From assembly GCF_018977255.1 (NCBI RefSeq), contig NW_024704742.1:119166001-119230000 (forward strand): 64,000 nucleotides of DNA. The letters run 5' to 3'. This DNA comes from Callorhinchus milii. Lineage: Eukaryota. The translations under genes and the position numbers were made by a program. Under the pieces are notes generated by a model. It was not told the DNA's origin. It saw only the letters and a program-made list of their open reading frames with translations, and made no database searches. This document shows positions 62,901-64,000 of the stretch, piece after piece. Every line of letters starts with the position of its first letter. Position 1 is the first letter of the stretch.

Positions 62901-63699
62901 TCCTTTCACAAACAAAATCTCAGGGCTTCACAAAATGAGAATAACAACAACAACAACATTACCTTTGTAAAGCGCCTTTCACGTCGGGAGGACATCCCAA
63001 GGCGCTGGACAGTGTACAGCATTTCAGACCCGAGCTGAAAAAACTATTTTAAATGAAGTGAATACTTCAAGCAAAAGGGATAAGACAATTGATGTCCTTT
63101 TACTAGATTAATTGAAGATAAGCATTTGGAGTAATACTCAACAGGCTAAGTAGTTCATGTGTGCAGTTACTGGGAGGGAATAGTATCTCCAAACAATCCT
63201 TGCACCACATTTTGTATTGTTACTTTTCTTTTAATGTTAGGGATAGGATATAATCAGTACCATATGTGTGAGGCTTATTCAAAATTCTTGGCCTCTTTCA
63301 TAACTAACAGTGTTTCACGAAGCTGCTTTTCATTTTCAGAACAAAAAGTGTGCAAAGTGCCCTGCTCAGATTTCGGGATCATGCACTTTAACAGATATAC
63401 TTTGTGCTTGCGGATTTGTGTACTGATACAAAGTCCTCATTAGAAGGAACTATTTAAAGGATCAGAAATTGCAATACTGCCCCAAAGCTTGTAACGTTTG
63501 GGACAAACTCACATGGGAATCTGGCAGATCTTGTAATCCCACTTCACTGCTTTCTCTCCATATCCCTTGATAACCTTACTTCAAAACCATTGACCTTTCT
63601 TTTACACATCCCAAACAATTCTGCATTTGTATCTTACTGGGATAACAAATTCCATATTCTCACTATTTTCTGCTTGAGAAATCGTTTCTGATCTCGCTT

Positions 63700-64000
63700 T
63701 AACCTGATCTCCTAACCTTTAAGGCCATCCATGGCCTTTCCCCCTCCTACCTCTCTGACCTGCTGACTCCCTACTAACCTGCCCGCTCCCTCCGTTCATC
63801 AGGCTCCGGCCTGTTCCATGTCTCCCACTCGACTCGCCCTACCATCGGTGGCCGGGGTTTCAGCATCTGTGCCCCACACTCTGGAACTCCATCCCACGGT
63901 CCCTTCGCCTCGCTTCCTCCCTTGCATCCTTCAAGACCCTTCTCTTCGACTATGCCTTTGGTCTCCCTCCCACCTCTCTGCCTTCCCTCATCTCTACACC
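63700..64000 (+). mobile_element. L2 LINE fragment running off the window end
   Basis: aaggccatccatggcc...ctctggaactccatccc, similar to 4950-5200. Confidence 0.88.

Overview
Vertebrate genomic DNA, AT-rich and repeat-dense. The repeat set suggests a cartilaginous fish, probably a chimaera/elephant-shark relative (inference). The window holds most of PIK3R1 (PI3K regulatory subunit p85-alpha) on the minus strand. It has 14 constitutive coding exons (equivalent to human exons 3-16; 53125 down to the stop at 31669), all with GT-AG boundaries and a continuous frame. The SH3-encoding first coding exon lies beyond the window end. Intron 7 holds two alternative first exons: p55-alpha (MCKTVWNMEEV...YIEMDPP) and a 16-nt coding p50-alpha micro-exon (MHNIK/T) that is invisible in the ORF track. 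A probable ~4.5-kb 3'UTR carries miR-29, miR-30 and miR-15/16 seed sites and an L2 insertion. The rest is intergenic or intronic: tRNA-Ala-headed SINEs sharing an L2 tail, Deu-domain SINEs, L2 and CR1 fragments, nested MITEs, Penelope-like hairpins and microsatellites. I found no wholly new biological system. The most interesting signals are the conserved three-promoter architecture, an extended exon 7, nested inverted repeats around a frame-closed exon 3-7 block, and several structured insertions. Exon boundaries were read base by base; repeat boundaries are approximate. Comparisons with human sequences are from memory.
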